A DNA stretch of 50,777 nucleotides from Chiloscyllium plagiosum (Eukaryota). The notes beneath the pieces are model-generated. The model saw only the letters and a program-made list of their open reading frames with translations. It did not search any database and was not told the DNA's origin. The stretch spans positions 1-50,777 of the forward strand of contig NW_025214782.1 of NCBI RefSeq assembly GCF_004010195.1. The letters run 5' to 3'. How positions within the stretch are numbered: position 1 is the stretch's first letter; the number at the start of each line of letters is the position of its first letter. Shown one piece after another: positions 30,766 to 45,700 of this stretch. Both the position numbers and the translations under genes were made by a program.

Positions 30766-33700
30766 TTGATGGTTACTGTAGTGTGGGAACAATGCTGGGC
30801 CGTGATGGTGACTGTACAGAAGGAGTTATGTCGGGCCGTGACGGTCATTGTACAGTGGGGGCTATGTCAGGCCGTGTGGTTACTGTACAGTAGAAGGTAT
30901 GTCGGGACGTGACGGTTACTGTACAGTGGGAGCTATGTCGGGCCGTGGTGGTTACTGTACAGTGGGAGGAATGACGGGCAGTGATAGTTACTGTGCAGTG
31001 GGAGGTATGTCGGGCCTTGATGGTTACTGTACAGTGGGAATTATGTTGAGCCGTGATGGTTACTCTACAGTGGGAGGTATGTCTGGACGTGAAGGTTACT
31101 GTACAGAGGGAGGTATGTCGGTTTGTGATAGTTACTGTACAGTGGGAGGTATGTCGGGCCGTGATGGTTACTGTAAAGTGGGAGGTATGTAGGACCGTGA
31201 CTGTTACAGAACAGTGGGAGGTATGTCGGGCCGCGATGGTTACTGTAGAGTGGGAGGTATGTCGGGCCGTGATGGTTATTGTACAGTGGGAGGTATGTCG
31301 GGCAGTGATAGTTACTGTGCAGTGGGAGGTATGTCGGGCCGTGATGGTTACTGTACAGTGGGAGGTATGTCTGGCCATGATGTGTACTGTACAGTGAGGG
31401 ATATGTCGGGCCGTGATGTTTACTGTACAGTGGGTGGTATGTCGGGCCGTGATGGTTACTGTACAGTGGGTGTGATGTCGGGCCGTTATGTTTACTGTAC
31501 AGTGGGAGGTATGTCTGGGTGTGATGGTTACTGTACAGTGGGAGGTATGTCGGGCTCTGACAGTTACTGTACATTGGGAGGTATGTCTGGCCGTGATGGT
31601 TACTGAACAGTGGGAGGTATGTCTGGGTGTGATGGTTACTGTACAGTGGGAGGTATGTCGGGCCGTGCTTTTTACTGTACATTGGGAGGTAAGTTGGGCC
31701 ATGATGGTCACTTTACAGTGAGAGGTATGTCGGGCCGTGATGGTTATTGTACAGTGGGAGGTATGTCGGGCAGTGATAGTTACTGAGCAGTGGGAGGTAT
31801 GTCGGGCGGTGATGGTTACTGTACAGTGGGAGGTATGTCGGGCTCTGACAGTTACTGTACATTGGGAGGTATGTCTGGCCGGGATGGTTACTGTACAGTG
31901 GGAGGTATGTCGGGCAGTGAAAGTTACTGTGAAGTGGGAGGTATGTCGGGCTGTGATGGTTATTGTACAGTGGGAGGTATGTCGGGTCGTGATGGTTATT
32001 GTACAGTGAGAGGTATGTCTGGCGGTGATGGTTACTGTACAGTGGGAGGTATGTCTGGCCGTGATGGTTACTGTACAGTGGGAGGTATGTCTGGCCGTGA
32101 TGGCTACTGTACAGTTGGAGGTATGTCGGGCCGTGATGGTTATTATAAAGTGGGAGGTATGTCGGGCAGTGATAGTTACTGTGCAGTGGGAGGTATGTCG
32201 GGCCGTGATGGTTACTGTACAGAGGGAGGCATATCGGGCCGTGATGGTTACTGAACAGTGGGAGGTATGTCGGGCAGTGATTGTTACTGTGCAGTGGGAG
32301 GCATATCGGGCCGTGATGGTTACTGTACAGTGGGAGGTATGTCTCGCCGTGATGGTTAGTGGACAGTGGGAGGTATGTCTGGCCGTGATGGTTACTGTAC
32401 AGTTGGATGTATGACGGGCCGTGGTGGTAACTGTACAGTGGGAGGTATTATGGCTACTGTTCAGTGTGAGGTATGCCAGGCTGTGATGGTTACTGTAAAG
32501 TGGGAGGTATGTCTGGCCGTGATGGTTACTGTACAGTGGGAGGTATGTCTGGCCATGATGGTTACTGTACAGTGGGAGATATGTCGGGGCTTGATGGTTA
32601 CTGTACAGTGGGAGGTATGTCGGGTCGTGATGGCTACTGTACAGTGGGTGAGATGTCGGGCCGTGATGTTTACTGTACAGTGGGAGGTATGTCGTGCTCT
32701 GACAGTTACTGTACAGTGGGAGGTATGTCTGGCCGTGATGGTTACTGTACAGTNNNNNNNNNNNNNNNNNNNNNNNNNNNNNNNNNNNNNNNNNNNNNNN
32801 NNNNNNNNNNNNNNNNNNNNNNNNNNNNNNNNNNNNNNNNNNNNNNNNNNNNNNNNNNNNNNNNNNNNNNNNNNNNNNNNNNNNNNNNNNNNNNNNNNNN
32901 NNNNNNNNNNNNNNNNNNNNNNNNNNNNNNNNNNNNNNNNNNNNNNNNNNNNNNNNNNNNNNNNNNNNNNNNNNGCTGTGATGGTTACTGTACATTGGGA
33001 GGTATGTCGGGCCGTGACGGTTACTGTACAGTGGGAGGAATATCTGGCCGTGATAGTTCCTGTACAGTGGGCGTTATGTCGGTTTGTGATGGTAACTGGA
33101 CAGTGGGAGGTATGTCGAGCCGTGATAGTTACAGTACAGTGGGAGGTATGTCTGGCAGTGACAGTTACTGTACAGTGGGAGATATGTCTGGCGGTGATGG
33201 TTACTGTACAGTGGGAGGTATGTCGGGCCGTGATGGTTACTGTTCAGTGGGAGGCATGTCGGGCTGTGATGGTTACTGTACATTGGGAGGTATGTCGGGC
33301 CGTGATGGTTACTGTCCAGTGGGAGGCATGTCGGGCTGTGATGGTTACTGTGCAGTGGGAGGTATGTTGAGCCGTGATGGCTTCTGTACAGTGGGAGGTA
33401 TGTCGTGCCGTGATGTTTGCTGTACAGTGGGAGTTATGTCGGGCCGTGTTGGTTACTGTACAGTGGGAGGTATGTCGGGCCGTGATGCTTACTGTACATT
33501 GTGAGGGATGTCGGGCCGTGGCAGTTTCAGTAAAGTGGGAGGTGTAACAGGGGTGTGATGGTTACTGTACAGTGGGAGGTATGTTAAGCCGTGATGGTTA
33601 CTGTACCGTGGGAGGTATGTCGGGGTGTAAAGGAAACTGTACAGTGGGAGGTATGTCGGGTCGTGATTGTTACTGTACAGTGGGAGGTATGTTGGGCTTT

Positions 33701-36700
33701 TACAGTTAGTGTACAGTGGGAGATATGTCGGGCCGTGATGGTTACTATACAGTGGGATGTATGTTGGGTCGTGACAGTTACTGTACAGTGGGAGGTATTG
33801 TGGGCCGTGATGGTTACTGTACAGTGGGTGGTATATCGGGCCGTGATGGTTACTGTACAGTGGGAGGTATGTTGGGCCATGACGGTTACTGTACAGTGCA
33901 GAGTATGTCGGGCCGTGATGGTTATTGTACAGTGGGAGATATGTCGGGCCGTGATGGTTAGTGTACAGTGGGAGGTATGTCCGGCCGTGATTGTTACTGT
34001 ATTGTGACAGGTATGTAGGGCTGCGATGGTTACTGTACGTTGGGACGAATGTCGGGCCGTGATGGTTACTGTACAGTGGAAGGATGTCGGGCCGTGATGG
34101 TTACTGTACAGTGGGAGGTATGTCGGGGTGGAATGGAAACTGTACAGTGGGAGGTATGTCGGGACGTGATGGTTACTGTACAGTGGGAGGTATGTTGAGC
34201 TTTGACGGTTAGTGTACAGTGGGAGGTATGTCGGGCCGTGATGGTTACTCTACAGTGGGATGTATGTTGGGCCGTGACAGTTACTCTGCAGTGGGAGGTA
34301 TGTCTGGACGTGGTGGTTACTGTACAGAGGGAGGTATGTCGGGCCATGATGGTAACTGTACAGTGGGTGGTATGGCGGCCCGTGATGGTTACTGTACAGT
34401 GGGAGGTATATCGGGCCGTGATGGTTACTGTACATTGGGAGGTATGTCGGGCCGTGATGGTTACTGTACATTGGGACGAATGTCGGGCCGTGATAGTAAT
34501 TGTACAGTGGAAGGATGTCGGGCCGTGATGGTTACTGCACAGTGGGAGGGATGTCGGACGTGATGGTTTCTGTACATTGGGAGGTATGTCAGTCCGTGAT
34601 CGTTACTGTCCAGTGGGAAGTATGTCGGGACGTGATGGTTATTGTACATTTGGAGGTATGTCGGGCAGTGATAGTTACTGTACAGAGGGAGGTATGTCTG
34701 GCCAAGGCAGTTACTGGGCAGTGGGAGGTTTGTCTGGCCGTGACAGTTACTGTGCAGTGGGAGGTATGCCGGGCCGTGATGGTTACTGTACAGAGGGAGG
34801 CATATCGCGCCATGATGGTTAGTGGACAGTGGGAGGTATGTCTGGCCGTGATGGTTACTGTACAGTGGGATGTATGACGGGCCGTGGTGGTTACTGTACA
34901 GAGAGGGATATGTCGGGCCGTGATGGTTACTGTACAGTGGGAGGTATGTCGGGCCGTGATGATTACAGTACAGTGGGTGAGATATCGGGCCGTGATGTTT
35001 ACTGTACAGTGGGAGGGATGTCTGGGTGTGATTGTTACTGTACAGTGGGATTTATGTCGGGCTCTGACAGTTACTGTACAGTGGGAGGTATGTTGGGCCG
35101 TGATGATTCCTGTACATTTTGAGGTAAGTTGGGCCGTGATGGTTACTTTACAGTGCGAGGTATGTCGGGCCGTGATGGATACTATACAGTGGGAGATATG
35201 TCGGGCCATGATGGTTACTGTACAGTGGGAGGTATGTCTGGGTGTGATGGTTACTGTACAGTGGGAGGTATTTCGAGCCGTGATGGTTCCTGCACAGTGG
35301 GAGTTATGTCGTGCCGTGATGTTTACTGTACAGTGGGAGGTATGTCGGGCCATGATGGTTACTGTACAGTGGGAGGTATGTCTGGGTGTGATGGTTACTG
35401 TAAAGTGCGAGTTATGTCGGGCCGTGATGATTACTGTACATTTTGAGGTAAGTTGGGCCGTGATGGTTACTTTACAGTGAGAGGTATGTCGGGCCGTGAT
35501 GGATACTGTACAGTGAGAGGGCATGTCGGGCCGTGATGATTACTGTACAGTTGGAGGTATTTCGGGCCGTGATGGTTACAGTAAAGTGGGTGAGATGTCG
35601 GGCCGTGATGTTTACTGTACAGTGGGAGGTATGTCGGGCTATGACAGTTACTGTACAGTGTGAGGTATGTTGGGCCGTAACAGTAACTGTACAGTGGGAG
35701 GTATATCTGGTCATGATGTTTACTGTACAGTGTGAGGTATGTTGGGCCGTGAAAGTTACAGTACAGTGGCAGGTATGTCGAGCCGTGATGGTTACTGTAC
35801 AGTGGGAGGTATGTCGGGCCATGAAGGTTCCTGTTCAGTGGGAGATATGTCGGGCCGTGATGCTTACTGTGCAGTTGGAGGGATGTCGGGCCGTGACGGT
35901 TTCTGTACAGTGGGAGGTCTGTCGGTCCGAGATGATTACTACAGAGAGGGGAGTATGTCGGGCAGGGATGGTTAGTCTCCAGTGGGAGGTATGTCAGGCC
36001 GTGATGGTAACTGTACGGTGGGAGGTATGTTGGGTCGTGAGAGTTACTGCACAGTGGGAGGTATGTCGGGCCGTGATTTTTACTGAACAGTGGAACGTAT
36101 GTCGGGCCGAGACGGTTACTGTACAGTGGGAGGTAGGTTGGGCCGTGATGGTTATTATTCATTCGGAGGTTTGTCGGGCCGTGATAGTTACTGTACATTG
36201 GGAGATATATTTGGACGTGATGGTTACTGTACAGTGCGAGATTTGTCGGGCTGTGACGGATATGTACAGTGGGAGGTATGTCGGGCCGTGATGGTTACTG
36301 TACAGTGGGAGGTATGTCGAGCTGTGATGGTTACTGTACATTGGGAGGTATGTCGGGCCGTGACGGTTACTGTACAGTGGGAGGAATATCTGGCCGTGAT
36401 AGTTCCTGTACAGTGGGCGTTATGTCGGTTTGTGATGGTAACTGGACAGTGGGAGGTATGTCGAGCCGTGATAGTTACAGTACAGTGGGAGGTATGTCTG
36501 GCAGTGACAGTTACTGTACAGTGGGAGGTATGTCTGGCGGTGATGGTTATTGTACAGTGGGAGGTATGTCGGGCCTTGATGGTTACTGTACAGTGGGAGG
36601 CATGTCGGGCTGTGATGGTTACTGTGCAGTGGGAGGTATGTCGAGCCGTGATGGCTTCTGTACAGTGGGAGGTATGTCGGGCCGTGATGGTTACTGTACA

Positions 36701-39700
36701 GTGGGAGGTATGTCGGGCCATGTTGGTTACTGTACAGTGGGAGGTATGTCGGGCCGTGATGCTTACTGTACATTGTGAGGGATGTCGGGCCGTGGCAGTT
36801 TCAGTACAGTGGGAGTTGTAACAGGGGTGTGATGGTTACTGTACAGTGGGAGGTATGTTAAGCCGTGACGTTTACTGTACAGTGGGAGGTATGTCGGTTT
36901 GTGATGATTACTGTACCGTGGGAGGTATGTCGGGGTGTAACGGAAACTGTACATTGGGAGGTATGTCGGGTCGTGATGGTTACTGTACAGTGGGAGGTAT
37001 GTTGGGCTTTGACGGTTAGTGTACAGTGGGAGATATGTCGGGCCATGATGGTTACTGTACAGTGGGATGTATGTCGGGCCGTGATGGTTACTGTACAGTG
37101 GGAGGTATGTCGGGCCGTGATGTTTACTGTACAGTCGGAGGGATGTCGGGCCGTATCGGTTTCTGTACAGTGGGAGGTGTGTCGTTGCGTGATGGATTCT
37201 GTACAGTGGGATGTATGTCGGGCCGTGATGGTTACTGTACAGTGGGAGGTATGTCGGGCTCTGACAGTTACTGTACAGTGGGAGGTATGTCTGGCCGTGA
37301 TGGTTACTGTACATTGGGAGGTGTGTTGGGCTGTGATGGTTACAGGACATTGGGAGGTATGTCGGTCCGTGATGGTTACTGTACAGAGGGAGGCATATCG
37401 GGCCTTGTTGGTTACTGCACAGTGGGAGGTATGTCGGGCCGTGATAGTTGCTGTACAGTGGGAGGTATGTCGGGCCATGATGGTTACTGTACAGTGAGGG
37501 ATATGTCGGGCCGTGATGGTTACTGTATGTGGGATGTATGTCGGGCCGTGATGGTTACTGTACCGTGGGAGATATGTCTGGGTGTGATGGTTAATGTACA
37601 GTGGGAGGTATCTTGGGTCGTGTTGGTTACTGTACAGTGGGAGGTATGTCGGGCCGTGATGGTTACTGTACAGTGGGAGGTATCTTGGATCGTGACAGTC
37701 AATGTACAGTAGGAGGTATTTCAGGCCGTGATGGTTACTGTACAGTGTGAGGTATGTTGGGCCATGACAGTTACTGTTCAGTGGGAAGTATGTCGAGCCG
37801 TGATGGTTACTGTACAGTTTCAGGTATATCAGGCCATGATGGTTACTGTGCAGAGGAAGGTATGTCGGGCTGTGATGGTTACTGTACCGTGGGAGGTATG
37901 TCAGGCCATGATGGTTACTGTACAGTGGGAGGTATGATGGGCTGTGACTGTTACTGTACAGTGGGAGGTATGTCGGGCCGTGATGGTTCCTGTACAGTGG
38001 GAGGTATGTTGGGCTGTGACGTTACTGTACAGTGGGAGGTATGTCGGGCTGTGACAGTTACTGTACGATGGGGCGTCTATCGGGCCATGATGGTTACTGT
38101 ACAGTGGGAGGTATGTTGAGCCGTGATGGTTAATCTACTTTGGGAGATATGTGTGGACGTGATGGTTACTGTACAGAGGGACGTATGTCGGGCCGTGATA
38201 GGTACTGTACAGTGGGAGGTATGTTGGGCTGTGACGTTACTCTAGATTGGGAGGTATGTCGGGCTGTGACGGTTACTGTACGATGGGGGGTATATCGGGC
38301 CATGATGGTTACTGTACAGTGGGAGTTATGTTGAGCCGTGATGGTTACTCTACAGTGGGAGGTAGGTCTGGACGTGATGGTTACTGTACAGAGGGAGGTA
38401 TGTCGGGCTGTGATGGTTACTGTACAGTGGAAGGTATGTTGGGCCGTGACAGTTACTGTACAGTGGGAGTTATGTCGAGCCGTGATGGTTACTGTACAGT
38501 GGGAGGTATGTCGAGCCGTGACGTTTATTGCACAGTGTGAGGTATGTTGGGCCGTGACAGTTACTGTACAGTGGGAGGTATGTCGAGCCGTGATGCTTAC
38601 TGTACAGTGGGAAGTATGTCGGGCCGTGATGGTTACTGTACAGTGGGAGGCATGTCGGGCCGTGATGGTTACTGTACAGTGGGAGGTATGTTGGGCTGTG
38701 ACGGTTACTGTACAGTGGGAGGTATGTCGGGCCGTGATGGTTCCTGTACAGTGGGAGGTATGTTGGGCTGTGATGTTACTGTACAGTGGGAGGTATGTCG
38801 GGCTGTGACAGTTACTGTACGATGGGCCGTCTATCGGGCCGTGATGGTTACTGTACAGTGGGAGGTATGTTGAGCCTTGATGATTACTCTACAGTGGGAG
38901 ATATGTGTGGACGTGATGGTTACTGTACAGAGGGAGGTAAGTCGGGGCTTGATAGTTCCTGTACAGTGGGAGGTATGTTGGACTGTGATGTTACTCTACA
39001 GTGGGAGGTATGTCGGGCTGTGACGGTTACTGTACGATGGGGGGTATATCGGGCCATGATGGTTACTGTACAGTGGGAGTTATGTTGAGCAGTGATGGTT
39101 ACTCTACAGTGGGAGGTATGTCTGGACGTGATGGTTACTGTACAGAGGGAGGTATGTCGGGCCGTGATGGGTCCTGTTCAGTGCGAGTTATGTTGGGCCG
39201 TGACAGTTACTGCACAGTGGGAGGTATGTCGAGCCGTGATGGTTACTGTACAGTGGGAGGTATGTCAGGCCGTGATGGTTACTGTAAAGTGGGAGGTATG
39301 TTGGGTCGCGACAGTTACTGTACAGTGGGAGGTAAGTCGAGCCGTGACGTTTATTGCACAGTGTGAGGTATGTTGGGCCTGACAGTTACTGTACAGTGGG
39401 AGGTATGTCGAGCCGTGATGCTTACTGTACAGTGGGAAGTATGTCGGGCCGTGATGGTTACTGTACAGTGGGAGGTGAGTCGGGGCGTGATGGTTTCTGT
39501 ACAGTAGGCGGTACGTCGGGCCGTGATGGTTACTGTACAGTGGGAGGTATGTTGGGCTGTGACGGTTACTGTACAGTGGGAGGTATGTCGGGCCGTGATG
39601 GTTCCTGTACAGTGGAGGTCTTTTGGGCTGTGATGTTACTGTTCAGTGGGAGGTATGTCGGGCTGTGACAGTTACTGTACGATGGGGCGTCTATCGGGCC

Positions 39701-42700
39701 GTGATGGTTACTGTACAGGGGGAGGTATGTTGAGCCTCGATGATTACTCTACAGTGGGAGATATGTGTGGACGTGATGGTTACTGTACAGAGGGAGGTAT
39801 GACGGGCCGTGATAGTTACTGTACAGTGGGAGGAATGTGGGTCTGTGATGTTACTCTACAGTGGGAGGTATGTCGGGCTGTGACGGTTACTGTACGATGG
39901 GGTGTATATCGGGCCATGGTGGTTACTGTACAGTGGGAGTTATGTTGAGCCGTGATGGTTACTCTACAGTGGGAGGTATGTCTGGACGTGATGGTTACTG
40001 TACAGAGGGAGGTATGTCGGGCGGTGATGGTTACTGTTCAGTGGAAGGTATGTTGGACCGTGACAGTTACTCTACATTCGGAGGTAAGTCGAGCCGTGAA
40101 GTTTATTTTACAGTGTGAGGTATGTTGGGCCGTGACAGTTACTGTACAGTGGGAGGTATGTCGAGCCGTGATGGTTACTGCACAGTTGGAAGTATGTCGG
40201 GCCGTGATGGTTACTGTACAGTGGGAGGTATGTCGGGCGGTGATGGTTACTGTACATTGGGAGGTATGTCGGGCCGTGATGCTTACTGTACAATGTAAGG
40301 GATGTCGGGCCGTGATGGTTACTGTACAGTGGGAGGTGAGTCGGGGCGTGATGGTTTCTGTACAGTAGGAGGTAAGTCGGGCCGTGATGGTTACTGTGCA
40401 GTGGGAGGTATGTCAGGCCGTGATGTTTACTGTACAGTGGGAGTTATGTCGGGGTGTAATGGAGACGGTACAGTGGGAGGTATGTCGGGCCGTGATGGTT
40501 ACTGTACAGTGGGAGGTATGTAGATTTGTGATGGTTACTGTACCGTGAGAGGTATGTCGGGGTGTAATGGAAACTGTACAGTGGGAGGTACGTTGGGCTT
40601 TGACGGTTAGTGTATAGTGGGAGATATGTCGGGCCGTGATGGTTACTCTACAGTGGGATGTATGTTGGGCCGTGACAGTAACTGTACAGTGGGAGGTATG
40701 TCGAGCCGTGATGGTTACTGTACAGTGGGAGGTATGTCGGGCCGTGATGGTTACTGTACAGTGGGACGTATGTCGGGTCGTGATGGTTACTGTACATTGG
40801 GAGGTATGTCGGGCTGTGATGATTACTGTACCGTGGGAGGTATGTCGGGCCGTGTTGGTTACTGTACAGTGGGAGGTATGTTGGGCTTTGACGGTTAGTG
40901 TACAGTGGGAGGTATGTCGGGCCGTGACGGTTACTCTATAGTGGGAGGTGTGTGAGGCCGTGATGTTTACTGTACAGTGGGAGGTATGTCGTTTTGTGAT
41001 GGTTACTGTACCGTGGGAGGTATGTCGGGGTGTAATGGAAACTGTACAGTGGGAGGTATGTCGAGACGTGATGGTTACTGTACAGTGGGAGGTATGTTGG
41101 GCTTTGACGGTTAGTGTACAGTGGGAGGTATGTCGGGCCGTGATGGTTACTCGACAGTGGGATGTATGTAGGGCCGTGATGGTTACTGTACATTGGGAGG
41201 TATGTCGTTTTGTGATGGTTACTGTACCGTGGGAGGTGTGTCGTTTTGTGATGGTTACTGTACCGTGGGAGGTATGTCGGGGTGTAATGGAAACTGTACA
41301 GTAGGAGGTATGTCGAGACGTGATGGTTACTGTACAGTGGGAGGTATGTTGGGCTTTGACGGTTACTGTACAGTGGGTGGTATGTCGGTCAGTGATGGTT
41401 ACTGTACAGTGGGAGGTATGTCGGGCCGTGATGCTTAATTTTCAGTGGGAGGGATGTCGGGCCGTGTCGGTTTCTGTACAGTGGGAAGTATGTCAGGCCG
41501 TGATGTTCACTTTACAGTGGTAGTTATGTCGGTTTGTGATGGTTACTATACCATGGGAGGTATGTCGGGGTGTGATGGAAACAGTACAGTGGGAGGAATG
41601 TCGGGCCGTGATGGTTACTGTACTCTGGGAGGTATGTGGGTTTGAAACGTTACTGTACACTGGGAGGTATATCGGGCTGCGACGGTTACTGGACGTTGGG
41701 TGGTATGTCTGGACGTGATTTTTACTGCAAAGTGGGAGGTATGTCGGGCCGTGATTGTTGCTGTTCAGTGTGAGGTATGTTGGGCTGTGACAGTTACTGC
41801 ACAGTGGGAGGAATGTCGAGCCGTGATGGTTACTGTACAGTGGGAGGTATGTTGGGCTTTGACGGTTAGTGTACAGTGGGAGGTATGTCGGGACGTGATG
41901 GTACTCTACAGTGGTATGTATGTTGGTCCGGGACAGTTACTCTGCAGTGGGAAGTATGTCTGGATGTGATGGTTACTGTACAGAGGGAGGTATGTCGGGC
42001 CGTGATGGTTACTGTACAGTGGGAGGTATGTTGGGCTTTGACGGTTAGTGTACAGTGGGAGGTATGTCGGGACGTGATGGTTACTCTACAGTGATATGTA
42101 TGTTGGGCCGTGACAGTTAGTCTGCAGTGGGAGGTATGTCTGGACGTGATGGTGACTGTACAGAGGGACGTATGTCGGGCCGTGATGGTTACTGTACAGT
42201 GGGAGGTATGGCGGCCCGTGATGGTTACTGTACATTGGGAGGTATGTCGGGCCGTGATGGTTACTGTACAGTGGGAGGTATGTCGATCCGTGATAGTTAC
42301 TGTACAGTGGGAGGTGTGTCGGGGTGTGATGGTTTCTGTACTTTGGGAGGTATGTCGGACCGTGATGGCTACTGTAGAGTGGGAAGTATGTCAGGCCATG
42401 ATGCTTACTGTACAGTGGGAGGTATGTCGGGCTGTGATGATTACTGTACCGTGGGAGGTATGTCGTGTCGTGACGGTAAATGTACAGTGGTAGGTATGTT
42501 AGGCTGCGACAATGACTATACAGTGAGAGGTTTGTCAGTACGTGATGCTCACTGTACAGTGGGAGGTATGTCGGGAAGTGATGATTACTGTACAGTGGGA
42601 GGTATGTCGGGCAGTGATGGTTACTGTACAGTGGGAGGTATGTCGGGCCGTGATGCTTACTGTACAGTGGGAGGGATGTCGGTTTGTGATGGTTACTGTA

Positions 42701-45700
42701 CCGTGGGAGGTCTGTTGGGCTTTGACGGTTGCAATGGAAACTGTACAGTGGGAGGTATGTCGGGTCGTGATGGTTACTGTACAGTGGGAGGTATGTTGGG
42801 CTTTGACGGTTAGTGTACAGTGGGAGGTATGTCGGGACGTGATGGTTACTCTACAGTGGGATGTATGTTGGGCCGTGACAGTTACTCTGCAGTGGGAGGT
42901 ATGTCAGGACGTGATGGTTACTGTACAGAGGGAGGTATGGCGGCCCGTGATGGTTACTGTACAGTGGGAGGGATGTCGGGCCGTGATGGTTACTATACAG
43001 TGGGAGGTATGTCGGGCCGTGATGCTTACTGTACAGTGGGAGGTATGTCGGGCTGTGATGATTACTGTACCGTGGGAGGTATGTCGGGCCGTGTTGGTTA
43101 CTGTACAGTGGAAGGTATGTTGGGCTGTGACGGTTACTGTAAAGTGGGAGGTATGTCGGGCCGTGATGGTTACTGTACAGAGGGAGGCATATCGGGCCGT
43201 GATGGTTACTGTACAGTGGGAGGTATGTTGGGGCGCGACAGTTACTGTACAGTGTGAATTATGTCAGGCCGTGATGGTTACTGTACAGTGGTAGTATGTT
43301 CGGTCGTGACAGTTACTGTACACTGGGAGGAATGTCAGGCCGTGATGGTTACTGTACAGGGGGAGGTATGTTCGGTCGTGTCAGTAACTGTACAGTGGGA
43401 GGTATGTCAGGCCGTGATGGTTACTGCACAGTGGGAGGTATGTTGGGTCGTGACAGTTACTGTACAGTGGGAGGTATGTCGGGCCGTGACAGTTACTGTA
43501 CATTGGGAGGTATGTTGGGTCGTGATTGTTACTGTACAGAGGGAGGCATATCAGGCCGTGACGGTTACTGTACAGTGGGAAGTATGTCGGGCCGTGATGG
43601 TTACTGTACAGTAGGAGGCATGTCGGGCCGTGATGGTTACTGTACATTGGGAGGTATGTCGGGCCGTGATGCTTACTGTACATTGTAAGGGATGTCGGGC
43701 CGTGACGGTTACTGTACAATGGGAGGTGAGTCGGGGCGTGATGGTTTCTGTACAGTAGGAGGTAAGTCGGGCCGTGATGGTTACTGTACAGTGGGAGGTA
43801 TGTTGGGCTGTGACGGTTACTGTACAGTGGGAAGTATGTCGGGCCATGATGGTTCCTGTACAGTGGGAGGTATGTTGGGCTGTGATGTTACTGTACAGTG
43901 GGAGGTATGTCGAGCTGTGAGAGTTACTGTACGATGGGGCGTCTATCGGGCCGTGATGGTTACTGTACAGTGGGAGGCATGTTGAGCCTTGATGATTACT
44001 CTACAGTGGGAGATATGTGTGGACGTGATGGTTACTGTACAGAGGGAGGTATGTCGGGCCGTGATAGCTACTGTACAGTGGGAGGTATGTTGGGCTGTGA
44101 TGTTACTCTACAGTGGGAGGTATGTCGGGCTGTGACGGTTACTGCACGATGGGGGGTATATCGGGCCATGATGGTTACTGTACAGTGGGAGTTATGTTGA
44201 GCCGTGATGGTTACTCTACAGTGGAAGCTATGTCTGGACGTGATGGTTACTGTACAGAGGGAGGTATGTCGGGCCGTGATGGTTACTGTTCAGTGCGAGG
44301 TATGTTGGGCCTTGACAGTTACTGCACAGTGGGAGGTATTTCGAGCCGTGATGGTTCCTGTACTGTGGGAGGTATGTCGGGCCGTGATGGTTACTGTACA
44401 ATGGAAGGTATGTTGGGCAGTGACAGTTACTCTACATTCGGAGGTAAGTCGAGCCGTGAAGTTTATTGTACAGTGTGAGGTATGTTCGGCCGTGACAGTT
44501 ACTGTACAATGGGAGGTATGTCGAGCCGTGATGGTTACTGTACAGTTGGAAGTATGTCGGGCCGTGATGGTTACTGTACAGTGGGAGGTATGTCGGGCCG
44601 TGATTGTTACTGTACATTGGGAGGTATGTCGGGCCGTGATGCTTACTGTACAATGTAAGGGATGTCGGGCCGTGACGGTTACTGTACAGTGGGAGGTGAG
44701 TCGGGGCGTGATGGTTTCTGTACAGTCGGAGGTAAGTCGGGCCGTGATGGTTACTGTCAAGTGGGAGGTATGTCAGGCCGTGATGTTTACTGTACAGTTG
44801 GAGGTATGTCCGTTTGTGATGTTTCCTGCACCGAAGGAGGTATGTCGCGGTGTAATGGAGACGGTACAGTGGGAGGTATGTTGGGCTTTGACGGTTAGTA
44901 TACAGTGGGAGGTATGTCGGGACGTGATGGTTACTCTACAGTGGTATGTATGTTGGGCCGTGACAGTTACTCTGCAGTGGGAGGTATGTCTGGATGTGAT
45001 GGTTACTGTACAGAGGGACGCATGTTGGGCGGTGATGGTTACTGTACAGTGGGAGGTATGTTGGGATTTGACGGTTAGTGTACAATGGGAGGTATGTCTG
45101 GACGTGATGGTTACTCTACAGTGGTATGTATGTTGGGCCGTGACAGTTACGCTGCAGTGGGAGGTATGTCTGGACGTAATGGTTACTGTACAGAGGGAGC
45201 TATGTCGGGCCGTGATGGTTACTGTACATTGGGAGGTATGTCGGGCCGTGATGGTTACTGTACAGTCGGAGGTATGTCGGGCCGTGATGCTTACTGTACA
45301 GTGGGAGGGATGTCGGTCCGTGATAGTTACTGTACAGTGGGAAGTGTGTCGGGGTGTGATGGTTTCTGTACTTTGGGAGGTATGTCGGGCCGTGATGGCT
45401 ACTGTAGAGTGGGAAGTATGTCAGGCCGTGATGCTGACTGTACAGTGGGAGGTATGTCGGGCTGTGATGATTACTGTACCGTGAGAGGTATGTCGGGCCG
45501 TGTTTGTTACTGTACAGTGGGAGGTATGTTGGGCTGTGACGGTTACTATACAGTGGGAGGTATGTCGGGCCGTGATGGTTACTGTACAGTGGGAGGTATG
45601 TTGGGCTATGACGTTCCTGTACAGTGGGAGGTATGTCGGGCTGTGACGGTTACTCTCCGATGGGGGATATATCGGGCCGTGATGGGTACTGTACAGTGGG

